Assembly (NCBI GenBank): GCA_000004985.1
Contig: GG738849.1
Strand: one strand, 5' to 3'
Source of the DNA: Naegleria gruberi
Lineage: Eukaryota
Length of the DNA: 64,000 nucleotides
The notes beneath the pieces are model-generated. The model was given only the letters and a program-made list of their open reading frames with translations. It searched no databases and was not told where the DNA came from. Shown here piece by piece: positions 35,442 through 46,711 of this stretch. Position 1 is the stretch's first letter, and every line of letters begins with the position of its first letter. The position numbers were made by a program, and so were the translations under genes.

Positions 35442-35921
35442 ATTTTCTTCTTGTTGTTTATGAAAACATCATAATCAGGCAGTCTCTCCAAACATACTTT
35501 GGCCATTCGCTTTATTGTCCATTTTGATGAGTCATTGCCAATTTATGGTCGTGAGAGTGTATCTCTCAGATGTTATTAGAAAGTTGGAGAATCTTTTAAA
35601 TGTCCAACAAATGCCAACTCTGAAGTTTCGTTGGAGAGTTCTTATTGCTATTTAGTTAGAATTTGACAATGTTTATTGAGTTGTTGTTGGGTGATGATCA
35701 ATGGAGAAAGGAAACTAAACTAGTTTTCCCTTACTTTCCAAAAAGAATCACATGGTGATTAAACTTATAATTCTCTAATAAATAATTTATTGTGATTCAA
35801 ATCAAATTGTTTATTGCAGAAACCTCAATAAGAAATTTTATTCGAAAGTTATTGACATTCCTACAACACACAACCTGAAAATAAACCAACTCTAATAACT
35901 GTCTGTAATCACATCTCAAAT

Positions 35922-38413
35922 TTAATACAAATTATAAATAAACAATTCCTTCTTTTGTTTTTTCGATAAAATTGAACTCTTCACAGCTCTCCTCTCCACA
36001 ACTCCCAATAATTTACCTTTCCAACACACAAACAATGAATCTAAATGAGTATTCTGATAGAGAATTTGATGAGCTGTGTGGACATCATTCGATTCACTTA
36101 AAACTACATCACAACTTTGATAGTCAATGAGAAGAGATCGTTTCTGGTTGGTGAAATCTCGTTTCGTCTTGTCAGTTTCTTGTTGATTTTCAGATAATTC
36201 ATTCCTTTCAACAATTTCCTTCTTTTTCAAGTATTGTTCAATGAGGGAATTCTTTGAAACCTTTCCAAGTAGAATCAAATCCTTTCTATTATTGATAATT
36301 GGAATAATTTCAACAGTTGAGCTTTTCAATTTTTCCAATATAAACTCCATCACTTCAAACGAAACTTCCTCCTCCAGAATAAACTCCATCTCATCAAAGG
36401 GTTTCATAATAGTCACAAGTTTCAACTCATCTGAATCAGTTTGCTGTTCCAACATGGCATTCCACCCTCTCAAATCAATTACAATATTATACATGCCCAA
36501 TGAAAAGTATTTTGTAATACTCAGTGCAATGACACTTGCAATGAGAGATGGAATATGGGCCCCTCCTCCTGCCATTTCGAGAAATATTACAACTACTGAA
36601 TAGGATTGAGTAACACAGGCAGCACTTGCCACTCCACCAACGAATGCATAAGCTCCAGGTTGTAGGAATTGTTGTTTCTCAGTTTCGTATATGCCAAACA
36701 AGTAGGGAAAACCATTTGGTGCGAGTATGGAAATGATTTCACCCATGATTCGTCCAACAATGGTGCCTAGTAAAATAATGCCATTGTAGGAGCCGCCTGG
36801 AATTGGAAGGACAATTGTGAAAATGATGAGGAAGAATTTGATGACTAGTAAGATGAATAAGGATTCGAATACTTCTGTTGGAGAATTGGTAAACCAATTG
36901 TTTTCTAGGGAAAGACTTTTCGTACTCATCAAATCTTTAAAGAGATTTCCATAGGAGAGTGAAGTGAATTTGCCAAATAAATCTGGGTAGCTCAGTATAC
37001 TTGTCAGTATACTAAACACAATGGTAAGAATAATCTTATTCTCAAATATTTTGAAAATTCGTTGCTTACTTGTCAAATTACTTGTCAAATCCATCCACAA
37101 AATTAAACTTCCAAATTTATCTTTGAGTTTCATCAGGAAAATGTTAATTTGAACGAAAACTATTCCCATCACTCCAATCAATACTCCCAACAATGCAAAT
37201 AAGAGAATTTCAAATGAAGTATATGCAGGATTGACTATCTGAATATCCCAATAAGTTTCATAATCAATATTCAATGTAATGATAGAGTTGAGCGACCTTG
37301 AAACAACAGCACTCAATGTTGCCACAAAAAAAGCTTTGAAATAAGTTCTCATTGAATAATAACCACCCACTAATTCAACTGCAAAGAGAACTGCTCCACA
37401 AGGTGCTGCAAATGCAGCTCCAACTCCAATTGACTATCATAATTGTCAAGTCATGTGAAATAAATTGAAAAACTTACAACTCCACATAAAATTAATTGTT
37501 GTCTCAATCGTTTTGATTTTTCAATTGGTTTGAAAATCTTCAATTTAATCAAGTACAATATGAAAATTGTACAAATGTGAATGGTTGGACCCATTTTACC
37601 CAAAACCATCTGAGATCCAACAACCATGGCCACAGTTACAAGTTTTACAATAAATGTTTGTAAACTCATGGCATCTTTCAATTCGGCTCCATTCAAAATT
37701 GCCTTAATATGGGATACTCCTGAGCCCTCTGCTGATGGTGCAATCAATACAACCATCAATAATGTAATTACAATGAAAAATAAATTGAAAATAATCCAAA
37801 CTAGTAATCGAACTCCAAATAAGGAAGAATCAATTTGTTCTACAATTGTTATCCGTCCTTGAAACATATATCTCAATATTAAATCATGCACATAGGCCAC
37901 CACTCCTCCAAAAACACTAGCAATGGTCAATAGCACCCAAATATACTTCTTCTCCATTAAATTCTTCTTCCTCTTCTTGTGTTCTGCATACTGCAAGTCG
38001 TGTGTCAATTTCACAGTTTTGAGTGCCTTGTAATTATTATCATCAAAGTCTGAAATGATTGATAGTGCTCCACCAACAATTGTTTTGTTGCTTTCAAAGG
38101 TTGAATTGTTGGAGCTAATCACGGAAACTGCTGATGGAAACGCCACCATTGAAGGTGGTTGCATCAGAGAGTTGTTTGATTGTTGTATTCTTGTTGTTGG
38201 TTCTTGTTCTTGTTGCAGCTGATTCATAGATGTGAGAATTTGTGTAGTGGCCACTGCTGTTGAAGTTGTTGTTGTTGGAGGAGTTTGGTGGTCATGATGA
38301 ATAATAACAGCATGTCCTTGATCCTCGTCTAACTCCAAGTCAACTATCACTCCCTTGTCATTCTTTGAGTCGTCCTTTGCATTGCGATCCTCATCTCTTT
38401 CTTTTTGGGTCAT
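35922..38413 (-). CDS. CLC family chloride channel/transporter with C-terminal CBS pair; 2 exons
   Basis: Exon A is 37478..38413 (true ATG at 38413, MTQKERDEDRN...; the ORF-track start at 38542 is TTG) and carries the CLC motifs GSGVSH (canonical GSGIPE) and GKMGP (canonical GKEGP). A 44-nt intron follows at 37434..37477 (GTAAGT...GATAG). Exon B is 35922..37433, beginning SIGVGAAFAAPCGAVLFAVELVGG (CLC helix-F motif), and continues through the CBS domains to the stop. Confidence 0.85.
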
Positions 38414-38680
38414 GTGTTGGATACCACAAAGTTTTGTTGTTTTTTTAGTTTTAGATTTATGGAATGTCCCACCCTCTAGTGAACACAATTGAAACTGATG
38501 CCATTTTGGTAGCCATGTACTGATTTGAATTTCTTTTGGCAATATTACGTTCCATTAATTGGTGACTTTTTTTTGGTTGACATGTTTGTTGTGAACATAC
38601 AGTTTCATGTTCCATGGAACAAACACACATGTATTCATGTATTATTGAACTGTGTTACAAGGTCAGCAAAAAGAGTGAGT

Positions 38681-40129
38681 TTAATTATTTAGAGAGCCGT
38701 AGGCATACTTTCTTTGTCTGGATCTTAAATAAAAGAAGATGAAGGCAAATAATGTGATAATGTTAGTGACCACAAGGACTGGAGTGATAACAATGAATGC
38801 TGTTGTTACTTCTGCATTTCCACGTTCGTATTTACCAGAGCAAACTTCCAAATTATAGTTTCCACAAACTAGACACCAATCATCTACAATAGAGTTGGCT
38901 TTAAGGACCTTTTCAAAAGTGGTAAGTGGACAAAATTCATCTGGACAGCCCAAACTCTTCAAAGTGAGTGGTGTAAAACTATCATCATCGTATCCGTGGT
39001 TGTAAACTAATCTTACTGCCTTTGAACCATCACTCATAAGATGCAACTCAAATCCTAAATTGGAACCATATGGTGGATGACCACCCATTTGTTGGTAATC
39101 ATTTACAAGCTTCAAGCTTCCAGAAATTGCTTGACTAGAAATTTGAAACATTCGAAAATTGATGATGAATATTGCTGCTACTTACATGGTTGAATCGTGA
39201 GCACTATAGTGCACATACTTGTCCTTCTTTTCGTGCATGACTTTGAGTAAATTCTTATTGAACATACTCATTCCTTCCCTTCCCATCACATAATAGCTGA
39301 AATTCAATCTCAATAATTCGTTTCTCAAGCTCTCCAAAGTTGACCAATTATCAATAACCCATTGTAATTTCAATACTTTGTGAGAATATTGAGTTTGCAA
39401 CAAATCAAACAAAATATGTAAATCAGTATCTGGTCTACCACTCCAACCAGTAATCTTGTATAAATCATCAATAAAAGTTCTATACTTGCTAATGGTATTC
39501 TTATACTCTTGAGTGTTGATAACATCTTTGGTACGTTGTTCGACGCTGTTGCATAATTCAAAACCTCTCAACGTAGCATCAAGTGGTTTCGATTCAGAGT
39601 GAATTGGAATAGCTTGTGTTCCATTAGGTAATGCAAATCCAAGAGATGGTTCAGAAGGATTAACAATTGATTGATATCCAGTTCCTTGTTTAAATAATCC
39701 CATAGAAGCACTCCAAATTGACATTATTGTTCTATCAACATCTGTCGATCTAAAATAATACATTGTTTGATTGTAATTGGTTGAAATTCCATCAATTCTA
39801 GAACTAGATGATTCATTCAAATATCTTCCATACAATACATTTCCCATGTGATTACATTGTTGTTGTCCAAGTCCAGTTAACTGCCCCTCCTTCAATCCAA
39901 ACACATCATACCAATTGAATGGGTCTGTCGGAACAAAATCATTCTCATGAATTGTTGTTCTATCACAATGTCTCGATACCATCTGTACTTGTAATAATTT
40001 TACTGATTGCAATCCTCCCAATACAACATCCAAGCAACAACACACCACCATCACACCCACCATCATGCTCATCAGCAAGACTGTTTGCGACTTGTTGCTC
40101 CTGAAACTCTGCAAAGTTTGAAGGGACAT
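38681..40129 (-). CDS. Histidine acid phosphatase (lysosomal/prostatic acid phosphatase branch) with C-terminal TM anchor; 2 exons
   Basis: Exon 1 is 39186..40129 (true ATG at 40129) with a signal/TM segment and an RHCDRT motif (canonical RHGDRxP). The C-terminal catalytic HD motif lies in ...HYSAHDST. A 51-nt intron follows at 39135..39185 (GTAAGT...TTCTAG, phase 2). Exon 2 is 38681..39134 (IQAISGSLKLVNDYQQ...) and ends in a hydrophobic anchor plus a short basic tail. Confidence 0.75.
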
Positions 40130-40450
40130 TTTTTTTACAGTTCACTCGTTTTGGACGCATCGAGCATGTCGCTTTTTTGATTCGGGCAACAACAAAGGCC
40201 AAAATCTTCATGTTTTGTGATTGAGTGATTGGTTGAGGTGGGTTGGATAATTTTTGATGATTGTGAATTTCAATAGATTTTTGAAAGATTTTTTCATCTT
40301 AAATGTTGGTTGTATGCTTTGGAATAGTAATTCTTTCATTTGTTCAACAATGGGTCTCTTATGTATTAAGATCATTCCCGCCAAAATTCTCAAAGTTTAG
40401 ATGAAAATGTGGTGGTCTTGTTGCCACTCAATTCTTTCCCTCAAAAAAAA

Positions 40451-41599
40451 ATGAAATCACATCTTCCTTACATTTCATGTTTGTGTAATTCTCTCAAAGA
40501 ATCTACTGATCAATTTGTTTCATCATCGAGTATTAAAATACCAAGGCTTGATTGTTCACTTTCGAATTGTGAGAATGAATTGATTTGTAAATGCTATTCG
40601 GATGGAAAGGTAATTGTAGAGAATTTTAATAGGGATGGCTATTTGTTGAGGCTGAAGGAAGGAGAAGGCTTTAGATATGTTTCGTGTGCTTTCGGATTGA
40701 TTTCTAATAGAAGATTGATGATTCTTGCAAGATCAGACAATATGTTGATTATTCTATTAGAAGGCTTGAATGACAATATTCGAGTGTTTAATCAAATCGA
40801 ATCATTTCTGGTTCCATCTTCTAGTAATGTCTCTTGTCTTGATGTGAATCAATTTAGAGGTAGTAATCTCATTATGAATAGTATTATAGTTGGATGTTAT
40901 GATGGCAGTCTCCATGTATTCACATTGATGTTAAGCAATCAGGATCAATTACTTGTTGCCCATCAACCATTTCCCAATTTTGAGGGCCACAAATCTATTG
41001 GAATCTTAAAGGTTAAGGAAGAATCTAATACCATGATGGTTATTGGGAGCTCAAATACGAACTCTTCATTGCTGTATATTGCAAGAACGGATGGTGTATT
41101 GCAAGTGTGTAGGTTGACAACAATGAGAACGTTAGAAAGTGTAACCTCAGAGATTGAAACTATCAAATGTATTGCAATCAATTCATGTGCTTGTGCATTA
41201 TCATTCTGCGACTTGTTAATAGACAGGGAAACTGTTAAGGTAATTGCAATTTCTGGAATTGATTACTTTTCCATTTATTATTCAAATGATAACTTTGCAA
41301 ATTATGGAAAGATTATTATTAATTTACCAATCCACAGGGTGATTACTTCCATTCTTGCATTAAGGTTAGAAAGAGAGGACAAGGACATGCTAAGTTTATT
41401 ATTTGGTGATGAGCTTGGTCAACTATATAGAGTCAAGATTACAGATCTCAAATGTCCCTCAATAACAATCGAACCAAAGAATCTTCTTGGCACTCCCCAA
41501 TCCTCCTCCATGGTCATGCAAAGTGTCCTAGTAAGAAGATCATCCGACAAGAACTCAATCATCTTTACAACAAGAAGAGACGAAACACAAACATTTTAA
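40451..41599 (+). CDS. Hypothetical protein (about 382 aa), possibly beta-propeller-like
   Basis: ORF 40409..41599 begins at GTG; the first in-frame ATG is at 40451 (MKSHLPYISCL...). Composition is coding-like with alternating hydrophobic and turn segments typical of beta-rich repeats. No family recognised. Confidence 0.55.
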   Translation: MKSHLPYISCLCNSLKESTDQFVSSSSIKIPRLDCSLSNCENELICKCYSDGKVIVENFNRDGYLLRLKEGEGFRYVSCAFGLISNRRLMILARSDNMLIILLEGLNDNIRVFNQIESFLVPSSSNVSCLDVNQFRGSNLIMNSIIVGCYDGSLHVFTLMLSNQDQLLVAHQPFPNFEGHKSIGILKVKEESNTMMVIGSSNTNSSLLYIARTDGVLQVCRLTTMRTLESVTSEIETIKCIAINSCACALSFCDLLIDRETVKVIAISGIDYFSIYYSNDNFANYGKIIINLPIHRVITSILALRLEREDKDMLSLLFGDELGQLYRVKITDLKCPSITIEPKNLLGTPQSSSMVMQSVLVRRSSDKNSIIFTTRRDETQTF

Positions 41600-41746
41600 A
41601 CCCTCTTCCTCAACAATATTCTCCCAATCCATTCTTTCAACATATGAACACTCCATTAATTGATTGATTCTCAATGATTCTTCTCACTATTTAGGAAAAT
41701 GGAAAACCGTAGTTGATAACAATTTATTAATAAAACATCAAAAAAA

Positions 41747-43063
41747 ATGTTTCCACCCAAATCACGGTCCATGCCACTCGTTCCAACAACATCAAATTCT
41801 TCTTCTCCATCATCGACGGAGAATGATAGTGGCGCCACTAAATACTTTACCAGAGAACAGGTTGCTGAGCACTGTACGGAACAAGATTGTTGGATGATTT
41901 GTCATGGTTTGGTCTATGATGTGACTCACTATTTGAATGAACATCCCGGAGGTGTTCCTCTGATGATGAAGAGTGCTGGAAAAGATTGTACGAGTGATTT
42001 TGAAGCCATGTTTCATAGTCCAAAGGCTAGGAATATTCTTAAACGATACAAGGTTGGAGAATTGGCTCAAGCTCCATCATCATCGAGTTATAGAAGAAAT
42101 TTGTCAGCCAATTCGGCAGTACCTGTCACTTCTCCAAATAACTTATTGTCTCCATTTTCGATACCTTCTGGAAAAGTGGAACAAGTTAATCCGTATAATA
42201 TGAAGAATCGTTCGAGTGGATTTAAGGAACCAGTTAAAACACAAGTAGAAGTGGAAAAGAAGCCAATGGCTGTCGTATCAACATCATTATTTATGAATTA
42301 TAAGGTCATGCTGGTTCAGAATATTACACATGACACAAAAGTATTCACAATGAAATTACCAGTAATTGGAGAATATCTTCCTCTAAAGCCAGGTCAACAT
42401 ATTCAAATTGCATTTCCAGATGAAACTTCTGAAAATTCTCTTTTAGTTCGAAAATACACTCCAACAAATGTGAATAATAGAGGATATTTTGAGTTGACTG
42501 TCAAATTATACCCAGAAGGAAAAATGTCACAAAGATTAGCCAAAATTAAAATTGGAGATGTTCTTTCTGCAAGAGGACCGTTTGGAATGGAGGATTTTGC
42601 AACACGAATTACCAATAGTGATAATTTAATAATGATTTGTATTGGAAGTGGAATTACTCCAATGTATCAAATGATTAAGCATGTTGCAAAAGAAAGAGAA
42701 GAAGGTACCATTATGAAATTGAAAAATATGACTCTATTATATGGCAACAAGACATTACAGGACGCTATTTTTGAAAAGGAATTGACGCAGCTTTCTAAGG
42801 AAGTGTCAAACAACAATTTTGATTTTATTGTGGAACACAAAATCAGTAGAGAAACACCAGAAGATATTGCCAAGAGTGCAAGTGATACATCTAAAAATGT
42901 GCGATATAGTACAGGTAGAATGGATCAAGACTACTTGAAGGATAAGGTTGGCAATTTGTCGAATAGTTTATTCCTTATTTGTGGAACTGATGATTTCTGT
43001 AACTCTACAAAACAACTCCTCCTGAATGTGGGATATAATCAATCTTCCATTCACTCATTCTAA
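41747..43063 (+). CDS. Cytochrome b5 domain fused to an NADH-cytochrome b5 reductase-like flavoprotein
   Basis: True ATG at 41747. The N-terminal cytochrome b5 heme-binding domain has the HPGG motif (VTHYLNEHPGGVPLMMKSAGKDCTSDFEAMFHS). The C-terminal ferredoxin-reductase-type FAD/NAD module has RKYTP (the RxYT/S FAD motif) and GSGITPMYQ (the NAD(P)-binding GxGxxP motif). Single exon, 438 aa. Confidence 0.85.
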   Translation: MFPPKSRSMPLVPTTSNSSSPSSTENDSGATKYFTREQVAEHCTEQDCWMICHGLVYDVTHYLNEHPGGVPLMMKSAGKDCTSDFEAMFHSPKARNILKRYKVGELAQAPSSSSYRRNLSANSAVPVTSPNNLLSPFSIPSGKVEQVNPYNMKNRSSGFKEPVKTQVEVEKKPMAVVSTSLFMNYKVMLVQNITHDTKVFTMKLPVIGEYLPLKPGQHIQIAFPDETSENSLLVRKYTPTNVNNRGYFELTVKLYPEGKMSQRLAKIKIGDVLSARGPFGMEDFATRITNSDNLIMICIGSGITPMYQMIKHVAKEREEGTIMKLKNMTLLYGNKTLQDAIFEKELTQLSKEVSNNNFDFIVEHKISRETPEDIAKSASDTSKNVRYSTGRMDQDYLKDKVGNLSNSLFLICGTDDFCNSTKQLLLNVGYNQSSIHSF

Positions 43064-43220
43064 TCCTCGCCCCCTTTATATCCATACTTGGTTTCCAATT
43101 TTTGTTTCAACCCGTGACGTCTGTATTTTACACCTGAAATTTCCATCATTGTTTCTAAATTTTCATAAACAGATTCAATTGCTGGTTCAAAATTTTCTCC
43201 TGTTTCACTTTCTTTCAGTG

Positions 43221-44486
43221 TCATACCACTTTGTTCGAGTGCAATTTCTGATGTAGTATGGTATTAAATTCTCTCAATAAAAGCATTACTGCCTCAATAG
43301 TGGAAATTCTTCCCTCTACCTTTCCTGCACGTACTAGACGGAACACATATTTATAATCTTCTGGTAAATCCACTCTGATTCTCTTTAAATTTTTAAAGCT
43401 TTCTTTTCTATTGAGCATTCTTGCGTCATTCCAAGTACCATCAACTGAGAAAATGAGATTGAAATCAATTGTGATAGAAGAATTTTAAAACTTACTAATA
43501 AACATGTGAAAATGGAAATCATTAACATCTGAAAGTCTTTCCTTCACTGCACTGTTAAGATTGGAATAGAATGAATCCAATTCCTTTGGTAATGTTTCAC
43601 CTATTGTTGTGGAATCATCTGACGGATACAGAACATAGGCAAAATGATTTGCCGATGGTTGTTTGGTCATCTCAACAAGACTATCAATGGCATGTTCATG
43701 CATATCATGTTGTTCAATGTACATGTTCGTTGTTTGAGCTTGGTCACTGTGCAAGAGAATTTTACAACTATTTGTCGACTTGTGGAACTCCTTCTTGTGA
43801 ATGAGAAAATGTAAATGAAGATTGAGTTCAATCTTTTTCACGTCAACAGTCTGAGATTCTACCACCTTTTCCCAATGTGGATTAAATGTAAATGGCTTCA
43901 GCTTTCCACATAGGCAATGATTGAAATGCATCCAACAATATTTACATCTAGTATCTGCACTTTCTACTAATTTTTCATACAAGTTGTTATATACGAAATA
44001 TTTCTGTAATTCCTCATGTGAAAACTTTGCAATGGCTTCTTTCTTATCTACTTTTCCCAATTCTTGATTCATTATAGCATCTTCTGTTAGAAAATCAATT
44101 GTATTCCTATAACTCGTATTATAAATTTGTTCCAAGCCTTCAAAATTTTTCAAATCAATTTTTCCATCAATTCCCAATTCCATTTCTCTTAATTTCTTAG
44201 CAGTAGGTTTTCTTAAATTTAAACAAGATGAATGAAACTCTCTTCCAATAGCACCAATAGCACTCTTGAATATTTCCAAATAATAATTTCCTTTGAAATT
44301 TCTAATTGAATTTTCAAATCCAATTCCTTCTCCGATTCTTGTTGTTACAATTTTATGTTGATGTTGTTTTTGATATGGATAATATTGCCGACCACAAATA
44401 TTATTATTACTCCCTTTCTGCTGCGACAATAGAAAAGAACAACAACTTTGATGAATGAATTTTTTTTGATGTTGAAACTTGAACAT
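43221..44486 (-). CDS. DTW-domain protein (tRNA-uridine aminocarboxypropyltransferase, DTWD family); 2 exons
   Basis: Exon 1 is 43496..44486 (true ATG at 44486) and contains the Cys cluster CKYCWMHFNHCLCGK and the VLYPSDDSTTIGE motif. A 51-nt intron follows at 43445..43495 (GTAAGT...TCTCAG, phase 1). Exon 2 is 43221..43444 and begins IDGTWNDARML (the DTW motif). About 170 aa of N-terminal extension precede the Cys cluster. Confidence 0.7.
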
Positions 44487-44671
44487 TTTTTTCTAATCTT
44501 GCAAACATTTTGATTGTTGTTATTAATTCCCTCAATTCATGATGATAATAATCGAGGTATTCCGATCAGAACAATTATCAGAATCAAGGAGAGGGTTTAA
44601 TTGTTGTTGTTGCAATTTAATGATGAAAAATTTCATTTCTAGCTTCTAATTTAATTTTGATTGAAAAAAAA

Positions 44672-46711
44672 ATGCTCAACTCATTTCGGAATCAACTTTC
44701 ATCTTCGTTTGTGAAGGGAGTACTTCGGAAGAGAGGTTCAACTTGTTGCTGGATACAGTGTGGACCTAGAATGGTGGCGAATAATAATAGTATAATAATA
44801 GGATCAACTAGTCAAGTGGTTTCTAATTTTTCTACAATTAATACAAGTTCACTCAAAGACTTTTCGGAAAAGTATTTGGAGAGTGAATTGATTCGATTGG
44901 ATCAACAAAAGAAAAGGCAAGGGAAATCTAGAGGTATTTCATCACACTCACTTTTGGAAGATGACGAAGAAGAAGAAGAAGGAGTGAAAAGTATTTCCAA
45001 GAAGACCTCTTCACAACACAATGATCCATTTCTTCAAAGTAAAGAAGCTACTGAAGCCTATTCAAAATTCCTCAAACTCAATTTAATGGGACCTATCTGT
45101 AAAGCATTGGTACATTATATGAAATTTACAGAACCAACCGAAATTCAAAATAGTACCATTCCAAAAGGATTGAAAAAGAGTAATATTGTTGCGAGTGCAA
45201 AGACAGGTACTGGTAAAACTGCTGCCTATTCTCTTCCAATAATTCAAAAAATAATTACTGAGAGAATGAGAAGAAGATTGGCTCCACCTGGAGAGAAACA
45301 AATTTACAGCTTAATTTTGTGTCCAACTAAAGAGTTGGCTGAACAAGTTTCTGAACATATTAATAACTATGTGAATTATACATTACAAGTCATGAAACAA
45401 GAGGAGAGAATTGATGAAAATTTCCAATTCAAGATTGGTTTGATATTTGGTGGTGCCTCTAAAATTACACAATTGAAAACAATTAATAATGGTTTGGATA
45501 TTCTCATTGCCACCCCTGGTAGACTTGTGGAATTGTTAAAGAAGGATGACGATTTAAAGTTGAATGATGTTCGTTATTTGGTATTGGATGAGTGTGATAG
45601 AATGTTAAACATGGGATTTTTACCAGAACTCAAATATATTTACAATCACCTTCCAAAGCCAAGTAATGAAAGAGATGAAATGCAAATTTCCATGTACTCT
45701 GCAACTCTTACCAAGGATGTAGAGGATCTCATTTGTAGATTTGCTCCAACACATGCCCTCTTCAACTTGAATCAAGAATTTAGTATTCCAGAAAAGATCA
45801 AACACATCAAGTACTCTGTAAGCAAGAAGGAAATGAAATTCAAGTTACTGCTCTATCTTCTCAAGAGAAAAGGTTCCTTGAGAGATAAGAAGGTACTCAT
45901 ATTTTGCAGAACGAGAGAAAAGGTTGAAAGATTGGCACAAAATCTTGCCACGAGAGGATACAAAGCTGTTGGTATTCATAAGGAAAAGAGTTTATCATTC
46001 AGAACTAATGCCATCAAATCATTTTCAAGTCAAGAAGAAGGAGAGTGTCAAATTCTAATTGCCACTGATGTTCTTGCAAGAGGTATCGATGTTCCTGATT
46101 TGCCTTGTGTTATCAATTATGATGTTCCTGCCAAACCAGAAGATTATGTCCATCGTGTTGGTAGAACAGGTAGAGCAGGTAATGAAGGTTTAGCCTTCTC
46201 ATTCATCTCCAAGACACCAATTCTCATCAAAATTGGTGGTCGATTGGTCGAACTCAATGAGGAACATTTTATCAAATCAGTTGAACAATTCATCTCCCAA
46301 AAAGTTGAACACAGAAAGATTCCAGGGCCATGGAATGATACTGCAATGGAAAATCTTGGTGAGGAAATGAAACGTGTGGAAGAAATCTCAAAGAAGAGAG
46401 CACTCGAAATTCTCTCCAACAAGCAAAAGAAGAGTGAAAAAAAGAAGCAAAGTGAAGAGGATGCCAAGATGGTTTCTGCCTTCTCTGAAAGTTTCAATAA
46501 GATTAAGCAAAAGGTTGAGCAAACTAAAACTCTCACTGAATCCGATCTCAAGTACGCTCCAACTCTTCGTCACTTTAAGCAAGGCAGATACGAAGATGTA
46601 ATGAAGGAATTTGAAGTGAAGAGAGCCATCAAGGAGGGTGCCATCAAGAGAGTAAATACCAACTCTAAGAGTAAGAAAAAGAAGAAGAAAAAGTTTATCT
46701 ATCAGCTTTAA
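44672..46711 (+). CDS. DEAD-box (DECD variant) ATP-dependent RNA helicase
   Basis: ORF 44657..46711 begins at TTG; the first ATG is at 44672. Helicase motifs: AKTGTGKTAAYSLP (motif I), PTKELAEQV (Ia), TPGRL, DECD (motif II), SAT (III), HRVGRTGRAG (VI). The N-terminal roughly 60 aa is Ser/Arg-rich (possible organellar targeting) and the C-terminus is Lys-rich. Confidence 0.9.
   Translation: MLNSFRNQLSSSFVKGVLRKRGSTCCWIQCGPRMVANNNSIIIGSTSQVVSNFSTINTSSLKDFSEKYLESELIRLDQQKKRQGKSRGISSHSLLEDDEEEEEGVKSISKKTSSQHNDPFLQSKEATEAYSKFLKLNLMGPICKALVHYMKFTEPTEIQNSTIPKGLKKSNIVASAKTGTGKTAAYSLPIIQKIITERMRRRLAPPGEKQIYSLILCPTKELAEQVSEHINNYVNYTLQVMKQEERIDENFQFKIGLIFGGASKITQLKTINNGLDILIATPGRLVELLKKDDDLKLNDVRYLVLDECDRMLNMGFLPELKYIYNHLPKPSNERDEMQISMYSATLTKDVEDLICRFAPTHALFNLNQEFSIPEKIKHIKYSVSKKEMKFKLLLYLLKRKGSLRDKKVLIFCRTREKVERLAQNLATRGYKAVGIHKEKSLSFRTNAIKSFSSQEEGECQILIATDVLARGIDVPDLPCVINYDVPAKPEDYVHRVGRTGRAGNEGLAFSFISKTPILIKIGGRLVELNEEHFIKSVEQFISQKVEHRKIPGPWNDTAMENLGEEMKRVEEISKKRALEILSNKQKKSEKKKQSEEDAKMVSAFSESFNKIKQKVEQTKTLTESDLKYAPTLRHFKQGRYEDVMKEFEVKRAIKEGAIKRVNTNSKSKKKKKKKFIYQL

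Noticed and set aside
39963-40393. Two small minus-strand ORFs (82 and 61 aa) at the acid phosphatase start and promoter
   Set aside because: One overlaps the real CDS out of frame and the other sits in the divergent promoter. Neither has a motif.
41452-42203. Small ORFs flanking or overlapping the cytochrome b5 reductase gene
   Set aside because: They are out-of-frame or antisense to the confident CDS.
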